The notes: generated from the letters alone by a model not told the origin. Numbered from the stretch's first letter, positions 29,533 through 39,329 are shown. The stretch is DNA of 64,000 nucleotides from Zoogloea sp. (GCF_023150065.1 NZ_JAKLLN010000003.1:50142-114141), one strand, 5' to 3'. A program made the numbers and translations.

Positions 29533-29621
29533 CGATCACTCTTCCTTCAATGGGAAACAGCCCGACACGATACCCTGCCACGCCATTCGTTTCATCACGA
29601 ACGTGCGCCGCTGCCTCCTCT

Positions 29622-30092
29622 TCAGCTGCCTTTCTCCTTGCGCCCGTGCATGGCCATGATGGTCTGCTGCATCACTGCGCAGAGCGTCCATTGCTCGGCC
29701 TTGATGGCAAAGACCTCGGCCTTGGTGATGATCAGGGTGCGCCCCGAACGGATCACCTCGCCCCTTGCCACCAGGCGCTCGCCGTCGGCCGGTGCGATCA
29801 GGTTGAGCTTGTACTCCACGGTCAGCACGCTGCTGTCGGCCGGGGTCAGGGTGTTGGCGGCGTAACCGGCCGCCGAGTCGGCAATCATGCCCACCACGCC
29901 ACCGTGGATGAAGCCGTGCTGCTGGGTGATCTCGGCCTTGAACGGCAGGTGGATCTCGGTGTAGCCGGGCTCGACCACCGCCAGCCGCGCACCGATCAGG
30001 GCCATGGCCTGCTGGAGATCGAAGCTGGCGCGCACCCGAGCAGCGTAGTCGGGGTCACGGGGATGGAAAGGCTCCAGGGGCGGGCGGGTCAT
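29622..30092 (-). CDS. PaaI-family thioesterase
   Basis: QQHGFIHGGVVGMIADSAAG, LTVEYKLN. Confidence 0.92.
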   Translation of the reverse strand: MTRPPLEPFHPRDPDYAARVRASFDLQQAMALIGARLAVVEPGYTEIHLPFKAEITQQHGFIHGGVVGMIADSAAGYAANTLTPADSSVLTVEYKLNLIAPADGERLVARGEVIRSGRTLIITKAEVFAIKAEQWTLCAVMQQTIMAMHGRKEKGS

Positions 30093-30143
30093 GACGGGTC
30101 TCCTCGGGTTCGATCTGCTTCAAATGGCAGCTTCAGGTTTTTT

Positions 30144-30163
30144 TAACGTTTACGTAAACGTAA
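30144..30163. promoter_or_regulatory. Overlapping LiuR-type operator boxes
   Basis: TTACGT-AA-ACGTAA (30150-30163) and TAACGT-TT-ACGTAA (30144-30157) between the MerR gene and thioesterase start. Confidence 0.75.
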
Positions 30164-30179
30164 CTTTAATGGTAAAAAA

Positions 30180-30617
30180 TCAACTGCCCTCACGCAACCG
30201 GGCGACCAGTTCGGCCCGTGCCTCGGCAGCGCCTTCGGGATTTTCGGCCAGCAGCTCGCGGCATTGCTTTTCGAGCATGCCGATTTCGCCGAGGACGGCG
30301 ATGATGTCCTCGCGCTGCTGCTCGATGGCCCGCCGGCGTTCGGCGAGCACGGACAGGAAGCGGCTCAGTTGCTGGGTGGAGTTGCGCACGCCGTCATACA
30401 TGCCGAGCAGCTCGCCGATCTCGGCCAGCGACAGGCCGAGCCGCTTGCCGCGCAGGATGAGGCGCAGCCGGGTGCGGTCACGCTTGGCGTAGATGCGGTT
30501 GCGCCCGGACCGGGTCGGCGCCAGCAGGCCCTCGTCCTCGTAAAAGCGGATGGCCCGCGGGGTGATGCCGAATTCACGAGCGAGCTCGGTAATGGTGTAG
30601 GTTTCTTCCTGGCTCAT
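30180..30617 (-). CDS. MerR-family regulator, LiuR-like
   Basis: YTITELAREFGITPRAIRFYEDEGLL, RDRTRLRLILRGKRLG. Confidence 0.88.
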   Translation of the reverse strand: MSQEETYTITELAREFGITPRAIRFYEDEGLLAPTRSGRNRIYAKRDRTRLRLILRGKRLGLSLAEIGELLGMYDGVRNSTQQLSRFLSVLAERRRAIEQQREDIIAVLGEIGMLEKQCRELLAENPEGAAEARAELVARLREGS

Positions 30618-30733
30618 GGGTCCGGCGAAAACGTGCTGACACAAAGAAAACGAGGGCCAGTAAAGCAGATTTCGCAGCCTCCGGCAACGCGGCCAAGCGA
30701 AACGACTATCCGTACAAACAGGAGAACAGAACG

Positions 30734-31759
30734 ATGACCCCGACACTGGAATACCCATTCGACACCCTCCCCCCCACCGGGGAGACCCGTGAGGTGGCAC
30801 CCGGCGTGCACTGGATCCGCATGCCCCTGCCGTTTGCCCTCAACCACATCAACCTGTGGCTGATCGAGGATGGCGACGGGGTGGTGATCGTCGACACCGG
30901 CTACGGGCTCGACGCCAGTCAGGACGCCTGGAACACCATCCTCGCCGGCCTCGGCCGGCCGGTGACACGGATCATCGTCACCCACTGCCATCCCGACCAC
31001 CTGGGCCTGGCCCAGTGGTTGTCGGAGAAGACCGGCGCCCCGGTGACCATGACCCTGGGCGAATACCTCGGTGGCCACGCCCTGTGGAACCAGCTGCCCG
31101 GCTACAACACGACCGCCATGGTCGCCCAGTTCCGTCAGCACGGCCTCGACGAGGAACGCTGCACCGCGCTGGCCAGCCGCGGCAACGCCTACAAGCGTGG
31201 CGTGCCGTCCCTGCCGGCCAGCTACGACCGGGTCATCGACGGTGACAGCCTGAACATCGGCGGTCGCGACTGGAAGGTGATCGTCGGTCACGGCCACTCG
31301 CCCGAGCACATGTCATTGCATTGCGAGTCCGCCGGCGTGCTGATTTCCGGCGACATGCTGCTGCCCCGCATTTCCACCAACGTGAGCGTTTTTGCCGCCA
31401 CGCCGGATGACGATCCGCTGGGGCGATTCCTCGATTCGATCCGCAGTTTCAAGCAGTTGCCGGTAGCCACGCTCGTGCTACCATCCCACGGGAGCCCGTT
31501 CCGCAACATCGGTTTGCGCGTGGATCAGCTCATCGAGCACCACGACGACCGCTGCGCGGAGCTTCTCGCCGCCTGTGCCGTGCCACGCTGTGCCGGGGAG
31601 CTTCTTGCAACCCTGTTCCCGCGAGAACTGGACACGCATCAGGTCATGTTTGCCATGGGGGAAGCCATCGCCCACCTGAACCATCTCGCGCGCAAAAGGG
31701 AGGTGTGCCGGTCAGTGGAAAGCGATGGGATTGTCCGTTTCATCAAAAGCCATCAATAA
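30734..31759 (+). CDS. MBL-fold metallo-hydrolase
   Basis: MPLPFALNHINL, THCHPDH, GHSPEH, GDMLLP, LPSHG. Confidence 0.9.
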   Translation: MTPTLEYPFDTLPPTGETREVAPGVHWIRMPLPFALNHINLWLIEDGDGVVIVDTGYGLDASQDAWNTILAGLGRPVTRIIVTHCHPDHLGLAQWLSEKTGAPVTMTLGEYLGGHALWNQLPGYNTTAMVAQFRQHGLDEERCTALASRGNAYKRGVPSLPASYDRVIDGDSLNIGGRDWKVIVGHGHSPEHMSLHCESAGVLISGDMLLPRISTNVSVFAATPDDDPLGRFLDSIRSFKQLPVATLVLPSHGSPFRNIGLRVDQLIEHHDDRCAELLAACAVPRCAGELLATLFPRELDTHQVMFAMGEAIAHLNHLARKREVCRSVESDGIVRFIKSHQ

Positions 31760-31773
31760 AGGAGAACCCGAGA

Positions 31774-33600
31774 ATGGCTGCGCCCGAAAAAGAAGTCGCC
31801 AAGTCCGAACTGCCGGACCCCAAAGAAGTCGCCAAGACCTACGCTGAAGTTGCGCAGCGGGCCTCCAAGCTGCTGGCTGATCACATCCAGAAGCAGGTCA
31901 AGAAGGGCATCAGCGCCCCCGCCGACGAACTCGGCATCGCCCAGGCCTTCATGGACATGATGGGCAAGCTGCTGGCCAACCCCTATCGCCTGGCCCAGGC
32001 CCAGATGAACCTGGTGTGGGACTACTTCTCCCTGTGGCAGCACTCCATGATGCGCCTCACTGGCGTCGGCTCCGGCAGCCCGGTGGCCACCCCCGCCAAG
32101 GACGACAAGCGCTTCAAGGACGAAGAATGGCAGGAGCACTTCCTGTTCGACTTCATGAAGCAGTCCTACCTCATCGCTGCCCGTCACATCCATGACACCG
32201 TGAGCAGCGTTGACGGCCTGGATGATCAGAGCCAGAAGAAGGTCAATTTCTACACCCGTCAGTACATCGACGCCCTGTCCCCCTCCAACTTCGCCCTGAC
32301 CAACCCGGAAGTGTTCCGCGAGACGGTCAAGAGCCACGGTCAGAACCTCATCAAGGGCCTGAACAACCTGCTCCGCGACGTGGAAGACGGCGGTGGCAAC
32401 CTGCGCGTCAAGATGACCGACACCACGGCTTTCGAGCTGGGCAAGAACGTCGCCACCACGCCGGGCAAGGTCGTCTTCCAGAACGACATGATGCAGCTGC
32501 TGCAATACACGCCGAGCACCCCCGACGTGTCCAAGCGCCCGCTGATGATCGTGCCGCCGTGGATCAACAAGTTCTACATCCTCGACCTGCGCGAGAAGAA
32601 CTCCTACATCAAGTGGTGTGTTGATCAGGGCCACACCGTCTTCGTGATCTCCTGGGTCAACCCGGACGAGCGCCAGGCCGAGAAGAGCTTCGACTCCTAT
32701 CTGCTGGAAGGCACCCTGGCCGCGGTGGACGCCATCGTCGAACAGACCGGCGCCAAGGAAATCAACGCGGCCGGCTACTGTCTGGGCGGCACCCTGCTGG
32801 CCACCACCCTGGCCTACATGGCCGGCAAGAAGGACAAGCGGATCGCCTCCGGCACCTTCTTCACCACCATGACCGACTTTGCCGATCCGGGCGAGCTGGG
32901 CGTGTTCATCGACGAAGGCCAGGTCGCCAGCCTCGAGAAAAAGATGTTCGAGCGCGGTTACCTGGAAGGCTCCGAGATGGCCGGCACCTTCAACATGCTG
33001 CGTGCCAACGACCTGATCTGGTCCTTCGTGGTCAACAACTACCTGATGGGCAAGGACCCCTTCCCCTTCGATCTCCTGTACTGGAACTCCGATTCCACGC
33101 GCATGCCGGCGAAGATGCACAGCTTCTACCTGCGCAACATGTACATGAAGAACCTGCTGAAGGAGCCGGGCGGCATCGAGATCGGCGGCGTGGCCATCGA
33201 CCTCTCCAAGATCAAGGTTCCGACCTACTTCATCTCCACCATCGAAGACCACATCGCCCCGTGGAAGAGCACCTACTCCGGTGCCCGCAACTTTGGCGGC
33301 AACGTACGTTTCGTGCTGGGCGGCTCCGGCCACATCGCCGGCATCGTCAACCCGCCGGCGGCCAACAAGTATGGCTACTGGACCAACCCTGCGGCCAAGC
33401 TGCCCGCCACCGCCGACGAGTTCTTCGCCGGCGCCGAGCAGCACCCGGGCTCCTGGTGGACCGACTGGCAGGCCTGGCTGCTTGGCCAGGACGCCACCAA
33501 GGTTCCGGCCCGCGACCCCGTCGCCGGCAACCTGAAGGTGCTGGAAGACGCACCGGGCTCCTATGTGAAGGCTCGCCTGGACGCCAAGAAGGCCGCCTGA
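31774..33600 (+). CDS. phaC: Class I PHA synthase
   Basis: VPPWINKFYILDL, lipase box GYCLGG, LYWNSD, DHIAPW, GHIAG. Confidence 0.96.
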   Translation: MAAPEKEVAKSELPDPKEVAKTYAEVAQRASKLLADHIQKQVKKGISAPADELGIAQAFMDMMGKLLANPYRLAQAQMNLVWDYFSLWQHSMMRLTGVGSGSPVATPAKDDKRFKDEEWQEHFLFDFMKQSYLIAARHIHDTVSSVDGLDDQSQKKVNFYTRQYIDALSPSNFALTNPEVFRETVKSHGQNLIKGLNNLLRDVEDGGGNLRVKMTDTTAFELGKNVATTPGKVVFQNDMMQLLQYTPSTPDVSKRPLMIVPPWINKFYILDLREKNSYIKWCVDQGHTVFVISWVNPDERQAEKSFDSYLLEGTLAAVDAIVEQTGAKEINAAGYCLGGTLLATTLAYMAGKKDKRIASGTFFTTMTDFADPGELGVFIDEGQVASLEKKMFERGYLEGSEMAGTFNMLRANDLIWSFVVNNYLMGKDPFPFDLLYWNSDSTRMPAKMHSFYLRNMYMKNLLKEPGGIEIGGVAIDLSKIKVPTYFISTIEDHIAPWKSTYSGARNFGGNVRFVLGGSGHIAGIVNPPAANKYGYWTNPAAKLPATADEFFAGAEQHPGSWWTDWQAWLLGQDATKVPARDPVAGNLKVLEDAPGSYVKARLDAKKAA

Positions 33601-33622
33601 TCGCGGTAACGCTGCAAAGGGC

Positions 33623-33650
33623 AAGGGGGCTTCGGCCCCCTTTTCCTTTT
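33623..33650 (+). terminator. Intrinsic terminator after phaC
   Basis: AAGGGGGC-TTCG-GCCCCCTT then TTCCTTTT. Confidence 0.85.
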
Positions 33651-33679
33651 GCATTTCACCCTCTCCACTCCGACCTGCC

Positions 33680-34144
33680 GTGGCCACCTACCCCCTCGAA
33701 GCCCCCCTGCCCCATGGATTTCCGGTCATTCTCGACACCAATGTGGTGCTGTCCCTGTGGATGTTCGAAGACCCGGCCCTGCTTCGCCTGCGCAACGCAG
33801 TGGAAGCCGACGCCCTGATGCTGTTTACCCGTGAGGACTGCCTGACCGAGCTGACCCGCGTGCTGGCCTATTCACAGTTCAAGCAGCCCCCCGAACGCCA
33901 GCTCGAAATCGCGGCCGTCTACCGCGCCCGCTGCACGCTGATCGAGACCATCGAAGCGCCCGCCTGCGAACTTCCCAACTGCCTGGATCGGGACGACCAG
34001 AAGTTCCTGGAGGTAGCCCGTGACAGCAAGGCCTGCGCCCTGCTGAGCCGGGACAAGCTGGTACTCAAACTGGGGCGGCGACCGGTGATTGCCAGCCGCT
34101 TTGCCATTCTCACTCCGGAGCGCTTCCAGGCCCTGCTGCCTTGA
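33680..34144 (+). CDS. PIN-domain protein (putative toxin-type nuclease)
   Basis: VILDTNVVLS, ELTRVL, CLDRDDQKFLE, LLSRDKLVL. Confidence 0.85.
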   Translation: MATYPLEAPLPHGFPVILDTNVVLSLWMFEDPALLRLRNAVEADALMLFTREDCLTELTRVLAYSQFKQPPERQLEIAAVYRARCTLIETIEAPACELPNCLDRDDQKFLEVARDSKACALLSRDKLVLKLGRRPVIASRFAILTPERFQALLP

Positions 34145-34238
34145 CCCACGGCAGAGCCACAAAAATTAACATGACATGCAATACCCCTCCACCCTGAGCC
34201 GTTAGACTGGTGCTCCCCCTTCACCACGGAGTTCCTCC

Positions 34239-35060
34239 ATGGCCATCGACACCAGTAGCCTCGACGTCGGCACGCTCGTCACCACTTACCTGATTCCCCT
34301 TGGCTGGAAGCTTGCAGGTGCCATCGCCCTGTGGATCATCGGCGGATGGGTGATCAACCTGATCGGCAACCTGTCCAGCCGCGGGATGACCCGCCAGAAG
34401 GTCGAACCCACCCTCGTCCGTTACGTGGAAGCCACCCTGCGCGTGATCATGCGCATCGTGCTGGTCATCGTCATCCTGTCCGTGTTCGGCATCGAGACCA
34501 CCAGCTTTGCCGCCCTCATCGCCGCAGCCGGCGTGGCCATCGGTGTGGCCTGGAGCGGCCTGCTGTCCAATTTCGCGGCGGGCGCCTTCCTGATCATCCT
34601 GCGTCCCTTCAAGGTGGGTGATTTCATCAGCGGCGCCGGCATCACCGGCACGGTGAAGGAGATCGGCCTGTTTGCCACCAGCATCGACCAACCCGACAAC
34701 GTGCGTACCACCATCGGCAACAACAAGCTGTTCTCCGACAACATCGTCAACTACACCCTCAACCCCTGCCGCCGGGTGGATCTGACCGCCCAGATCGCCC
34801 ACGCGGTCGACCCCTCCCAGGCCATGGCGCTGATCCGCGCCCGCATCGTCCAGATCCCCAACGTGCGCACCGATCCGGCGCCCGACGTGGAGATCCTGGA
34901 ATTCAATGCCGCCGGTACCAAGCTGGTCGTGCGCCCCTACTGCCACAACGACCACTACTGGCAGGTCTATTTCGACACCAACAAGGCCCTGGCAGAAGTC
35001 GGCGCCGCCAATGGCTGGCCGATTCCGGCGCCCCATCAGGTGCTGCGGCAGCCGTCCTGA
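34239..35060 (+). CDS. mscS: Small-conductance mechanosensitive channel
   Basis: LSNFAAG..LIILRPFKVGDFI, GTVKEIGLFAT. Confidence 0.93.
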   Translation: MAIDTSSLDVGTLVTTYLIPLGWKLAGAIALWIIGGWVINLIGNLSSRGMTRQKVEPTLVRYVEATLRVIMRIVLVIVILSVFGIETTSFAALIAAAGVAIGVAWSGLLSNFAAGAFLIILRPFKVGDFISGAGITGTVKEIGLFATSIDQPDNVRTTIGNNKLFSDNIVNYTLNPCRRVDLTAQIAHAVDPSQAMALIRARIVQIPNVRTDPAPDVEILEFNAAGTKLVVRPYCHNDHYWQVYFDTNKALAEVGAANGWPIPAPHQVLRQPS

Positions 35061-35079
35061 GACCGAGGCCAGTCCATTC

Positions 35080-35106
35080 AACGCCCACCACCCGGTGGGC
35101 GTTTTT
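35080..35106. terminator. Terminator between convergent genes
   Basis: AACGCCCACC-ACCC-GGTGGGCGTT then TTT. Confidence 0.75.
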
Positions 35107-35933
35107 CATTCCACGGCCAGGCTGCGGCGCAGGGCCGCCAGGTGCTGCAGGCCTTCAATCGCCCGACTGCCGTACCAGGACGCCATCTCTCCGTCGATCA
35201 GGCTGGCCCGCAAACCCGAAAGGCGCCCGACCTCCTCCACGTGACGCTCGCGGAAACGATAGGGCTCCGACGACAACAAGACCCGCTGCACCTCCGGGAG
35301 CCAGGGCGCATCCCACTCAAAAGCCGGGTAACGGGGTTCCGTGAGCAGTGGGCAGGTATCCCAGCCCACCGCCGCCAGGGTCGCGGCGATATAGGTGCTC
35401 TGGGCCACGGTCATCCATGGCTCGCGCCAGATCAGGTAGAGCACCTTCTCCCGCGGCAAGGCCGCTCCCACCGCCCGGGCCTCGGCCAGGGCCGCCTCCA
35501 GGGCTGCCGTCAGTCGTGTCGATTCGGTGCGCCGATGGAAGATCGCCCCCAGCAGGCGGTACACCGACAGATTGTCCTCGGGCGTGCAGGGATGGGTGAC
35601 GATCACGTTCGGCACGAAAGTGGCGATCTCCTCCACGCAGTCCCGCCGGTTCTCATCCACATTGACGATGATGTGGGTGGGCGCCAGGGCCCGCAGGCGC
35701 TCGAGGTTCACGTCCTTGGTGCCCCCCACCTTGGTCACGGCCTTCAACACGGGTCGGGGGTGGATGCAGAAACCGGTGCGGCCTACCAGCTGCGGCGCAA
35801 GGCCGAGATCGCACACCAGTTCGGTCAGTGAAGGCACCAGGGAGACGATGCGGGCCGGGCCGTCACACGGAAAATGACGCTGCCCGGCAGCATCGATCAT
35901 CACTTCATCAAAGGTATCGGTCATCATTGTCAA
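35106..35933 (-). CDS. Helical-backbone metal/cobalamin-binding protein (BtuF-like)
   Basis: RIVSLVPSLTELVCDLG, VGRTGFCIHP, VGGTKDVN, LSSEPYRF, IDGEMASWYG. Confidence 0.85.
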   Translation of the reverse strand: MTMMTDTFDEVMIDAAGQRHFPCDGPARIVSLVPSLTELVCDLGLAPQLVGRTGFCIHPRPVLKAVTKVGGTKDVNLERLRALAPTHIIVNVDENRRDCVEEIATFVPNVIVTHPCTPEDNLSVYRLLGAIFHRRTESTRLTAALEAALAEARAVGAALPREKVLYLIWREPWMTVAQSTYIAATLAAVGWDTCPLLTEPRYPAFEWDAPWLPEVQRVLLSSEPYRFRERHVEEVGRLSGLRASLIDGEMASWYGSRAIEGLQHLAALRRSLAVE

Positions 35934-36019
35934 AGTATCTCAAGACCCGCGCCGTTATTGGAACCAGGCTTACACCCGGCCACTCTGAAAGCACACGGCC
36001 CACGCACATGGAGAAGAAC

Positions 36020-37135
36020 ATGAAGATCGGCGTTCCCAGGGAAACCAAGAACCACGAATATCGGGTCGGCCTGACACCCGGCGCAGTCCGGGAAGTCGTG
36101 GCCCACGGGCACGAGGTGTGGGTCGAGTCGGGTGCCGGTCACGGCATCGGCGCCAGTGACAGCGACTACGAGCGCGCCGGTGCCCACATCGCCCTGAGCG
36201 CCGAGGAAGTCTTCGAGCAGGCCATCATGATCGTCAAGGTCAAGGAGCCCCTCCGTGACGAACGCGCCCGCCTCAAACCTCACCATCTGCTGTTCACCTA
36301 CCTCCACCTGGCACCCGATCCGGGCCAGGCCGAAGAGCTCATCGCCAGCGGCGTCACAGCGATCGCCTACGAAACAGTCACAGCTCCGGGCGGCAGCCTG
36401 CCCCTGCTCGCCCCCATGTCCGAAGTGGCCGGGCGGATGAGCATCCAGGCCGGCGCCTCAGCTCTGGAAAAATCCCACGGCGGCCGCGGCGTACTGCTCG
36501 GCGGCGTACCCGGCGTGGAACCAGGCCGGGTGGTGATCCTGGGCGGCGGCACGGTGGGCAACAACGCTGCCCACACTGCCGTCGGCATCGGTGCGGACGT
36601 GACCATTTTCGACAAGTCACTGCCCGTGCTGCGCCACCTGGACGAAGTTTACGGCGGACGGGTGAAGACCCTCTACGCCACCCAGGACGCCATCGAACGC
36701 CTGGTACTGCAGGCCGATCTGGTCATTGGCGCGGTGCTGATTCCGGGTGCCACCGCCCCCAAGCTGGTCACCCGGACCATGCTGGGTGCCATGAAACCCG
36801 GAGCGGTGATCGTCGATGTGGCCATCGACCAGGGGGGCTGTTTTGAAACATCCCGGCCGACAACCCATGCCGATCCCACCTATCTCGTGGACGGTATCGT
36901 GCATTACTGCGTGTCCAACATGCCCGGCGCGGTCGCCCGCACGGCCACCTATGCCCTCAACGCCGCCACCCTGCCCTACGTGCTGGCCCTGGCCGACAAA
37001 GGCTGGAAGGAGGCCCTCAAGGACGACGCCGGCTTGCGGGCCGGCCTCAACATCTGCAATGGCAACGTGACCCACCCCCAGGTGGCCGAGGCCCTGGGCA
37101 AAAAATACCTTCCGGCCATCACCCAGTTGGGCTGA
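36020..37135 (+). CDS. ald: Alanine dehydrogenase
   Basis: MKIGVPRETKNHEYRV, FTYLHLA, PMSEVAGRM, GGGTVG, DVAIDQGGC. Confidence 0.96.
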   Translation: MKIGVPRETKNHEYRVGLTPGAVREVVAHGHEVWVESGAGHGIGASDSDYERAGAHIALSAEEVFEQAIMIVKVKEPLRDERARLKPHHLLFTYLHLAPDPGQAEELIASGVTAIAYETVTAPGGSLPLLAPMSEVAGRMSIQAGASALEKSHGGRGVLLGGVPGVEPGRVVILGGGTVGNNAAHTAVGIGADVTIFDKSLPVLRHLDEVYGGRVKTLYATQDAIERLVLQADLVIGAVLIPGATAPKLVTRTMLGAMKPGAVIVDVAIDQGGCFETSRPTTHADPTYLVDGIVHYCVSNMPGAVARTATYALNAATLPYVLALADKGWKEALKDDAGLRAGLNICNGNVTHPQVAEALGKKYLPAITQLG

Positions 37136-37150
37136 AGCCCCGCAAGCAGG

Positions 37151-37927
37151 CTACAGGGGCAAGCCGCGGGGCTTGCGCCCGGCCCGGGCAAAGAGTCGGT
37201 CGAATACGGGGTTGGGCAACAGGCGCAACAGCTTGGCGACCCAACCCATCTGCCAGGGAATCACCGTGTAGCTGACACCGGCCTCGATGGCCCCGGCGAA
37301 GCGCGCCGCGGCCTGATCCGCAGGTATCAGAAAAGGCATGGGGTAGGAATTGACCGCCGTCATCGGCGTCTCGATGTAGCCCGGCGCGATGGTCACCACC
37401 CTGACACCCGTGCCATGGAGCTCGACCCGCAGGCTTTCCAGGTAGGCGATCACGGCCGCCTTGGACGCGCTGTAGGCCCCCGCGCCGGGCAGGCCACGGA
37501 TGCCGGCAACAGACGCGATCCCCACCAGTCGGCCCTGCCCCGCGGCACGCAGGGGCGCCACAAAGGGCTGGAAGGTGGCCACCATGCCCAGCACGTTGGT
37601 CCGCAGGACCCGCTCGAAAGCCGCCAGATCATCGACCATCTCGGTCAGGGTGCCCACCGACACCCCGGCGTTGGCGATCACCACATCGGGCAGCCCGAAG
37701 CGGGCCATGAAGTCGGCCGCGGCGCCGCCCAACGCCACCGGATCAGCGACGTCCAGCCCATACACGGCGTGCTTTCCCGGCAGGCTGGCCACCAGTGCCT
37801 CAAGGGTCGCAACGCGCCGGCCGACCAACCCCAGGCTCGCGCCCCGGGCAGCATAGTGGCGCGCCAGGGCTTCACCGATGCCGCTGGAGGCACCGGTTAT
37901 GAAGACACGAGAGGCAGGATGCGTGAT
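37151..37927 (-). CDS. Short-chain dehydrogenase/reductase; start non-canonical (ATC 37927 proposed)
   Basis: RVFITGASSGIG lies upstream of the ORF-track start; NAG, YSASK. Confidence 0.85.
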   Translation of the reverse strand: MTHPASRVFITGASSGIGEALARHYAARGASLGLVGRRVATLEALVASLPGKHAVYGLDVADPVALGGAAADFMARFGLPDVVIANAGVSVGTLTEMVDDLAAFERVLRTNVLGMVATFQPFVAPLRAAGQGRLVGIASVAGIRGLPGAGAYSASKAAVIAYLESLRVELHGTGVRVVTIAPGYIETPMTAVNSYPMPFLIPADQAAARFAGAIEAGVSYTVIPWQMGWVAKLLRLLPNPVFDRLFARAGRKPRGLPL

Positions 37928-38565
37928 TACTTGCGACCCTGTTCGCCGCGCGCCCGGGCGATCAGCTGATCGGCCACCTTCAACGCAGCTTCGTGGGAGC
38001 CGGCAATGGACCCCGAGGTGAAGTACTTGCCATCCACCGCCAGGGTCGGCACGCCCTGGATCTTATAGTCGCGGCCGAGCTTCTCGATGCGCTGCATGCC
38101 GACCTGCACGCCGAAGGAGCGGTAGGCATCGGCAAACTTCTTGCTGTCGACCCCCTTCTTTACCGCCCACTCCTGGGCAGCGGCCTCGGTGTTGAGGGGC
38201 AGCTTGTCCGTCTGGACCGCATCGAAGACCTGCGGATGCAGCCGCGCCAGGTCGCCGGTAGCCGCCAGCGTGAGATGCAGCTTGGCCAGGCCGGCCAGTT
38301 GCGGACTGCCCCAGGTGACAGGCACCTGGCGGAAGATCACATCGGCCGGCAGCTTCTTGACCCACAGCTCCAGTAGGGGATCAAAGGCCTTGCAGTGGGG
38401 GCAGCCGTAATGGAAAAACTCGAGCACCTCGACCTTGCCCTTGGTCTCCGTGGGCTGGGGAGGATTGATCGCCTCGAACCCACCCCCCTGGGCACCGGCG
38501 GGCAGACCAAGGCTGCCGAGGGCGGCAAGGGCAGACAGTTGCTTGAGGACATCACGACGCTGCAT
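37927..38565 (-). CDS. dsbA: Thiol:disulfide oxidoreductase DsbA
   Basis: EFFHYGCPHC, GVPT; SD AGGAG before ATG 38565. Confidence 0.92.
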   Translation of the reverse strand: MQRRDVLKQLSALAALGSLGLPAGAQGGGFEAINPPQPTETKGKVEVLEFFHYGCPHCKAFDPLLELWVKKLPADVIFRQVPVTWGSPQLAGLAKLHLTLAATGDLARLHPQVFDAVQTDKLPLNTEAAAQEWAVKKGVDSKKFADAYRSFGVQVGMQRIEKLGRDYKIQGVPTLAVDGKYFTSGSIAGSHEAALKVADQLIARARGEQGRK

Positions 38566-38594
38566 TACGGTTTCTCCTGGTTCGGCCAAAGGAC

Positions 38595-39311
38595 TCATTG
38601 AGCGGCGGTGGCCGGCTTTGGTTCCTTCGGCTTGATCTTGATGATGGCCGCGTTGATGCCGCTGGACGACAGCTGCTGCCGGGCCCGGTTCATCTCTTCC
38701 TGCCCCAGGTAGGGGCCAACACGCACCCGGTGCACCGTACCCTTTTCCGGCAGCTCCACCTTCTGCACGCTGGCCTCCACACCCATCAACGCAAGACGCG
38801 CCTTCAGGTTGTCGGCCTCGGACGGATCTTCGAAGGAGCCGGCCTGGAGGAAGAAGCGCTCGGGGACGGCCGGCTTGTCGAGCAGGGCCGCTTCGGCCTT
38901 GGCCCGCTCCGCGTCATCGGGCTTGCCGTCTGCCTTGTCGGTCTTTTCGGGCTTGACCGGCGGCTTGACGACTTCCGTCGTCTCCTCGGGCTTGGTCGGG
39001 GCCGGCAGGGCATCGGAGCCCTTGGGCAAGACGTTGTAGAAATCGAAACGGGGTTTTTCCACCGGCTTGTCGCCAGCCTTGCCGGGCAGGGCAATGGGCT
39101 CGCCGCCCTGGGGCTTGGGCGGCGGCGGCGGAACCGGCCGCTCCTCCTGCTTCGGCTTCTGGAAGGGGGACGCCGCCGTGAAATACAGCGCAATCCCCGC
39201 CGCCACCAGCGCGCCGAGAATCAGGCCGACAAAGATGCCGACCAGGGTACTGCCGCGGCTGCCCGATTTGGGCTTCTTGGTCTGCAGGCGTGGCTTGAGA
39301 TCGCGACTCAT
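38595..39311 (-). CDS. SPOR-domain cell division protein (FtsN-like)
   Basis: N-terminal TM, Pro-rich linker, FDFYNVLP, LQAGSF, HRVRVGPY; between argS and dsbA. Confidence 0.88.
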   Translation of the reverse strand: MSRDLKPRLQTKKPKSGSRGSTLVGIFVGLILGALVAAGIALYFTAASPFQKPKQEERPVPPPPPKPQGGEPIALPGKAGDKPVEKPRFDFYNVLPKGSDALPAPTKPEETTEVVKPPVKPEKTDKADGKPDDAERAKAEAALLDKPAVPERFFLQAGSFEDPSEADNLKARLALMGVEASVQKVELPEKGTVHRVRVGPYLGQEEMNRARQQLSSSGINAAIIKIKPKEPKPATAAQ

Positions 39312-39329
39312 GAACGACGGGTCCGGGAA

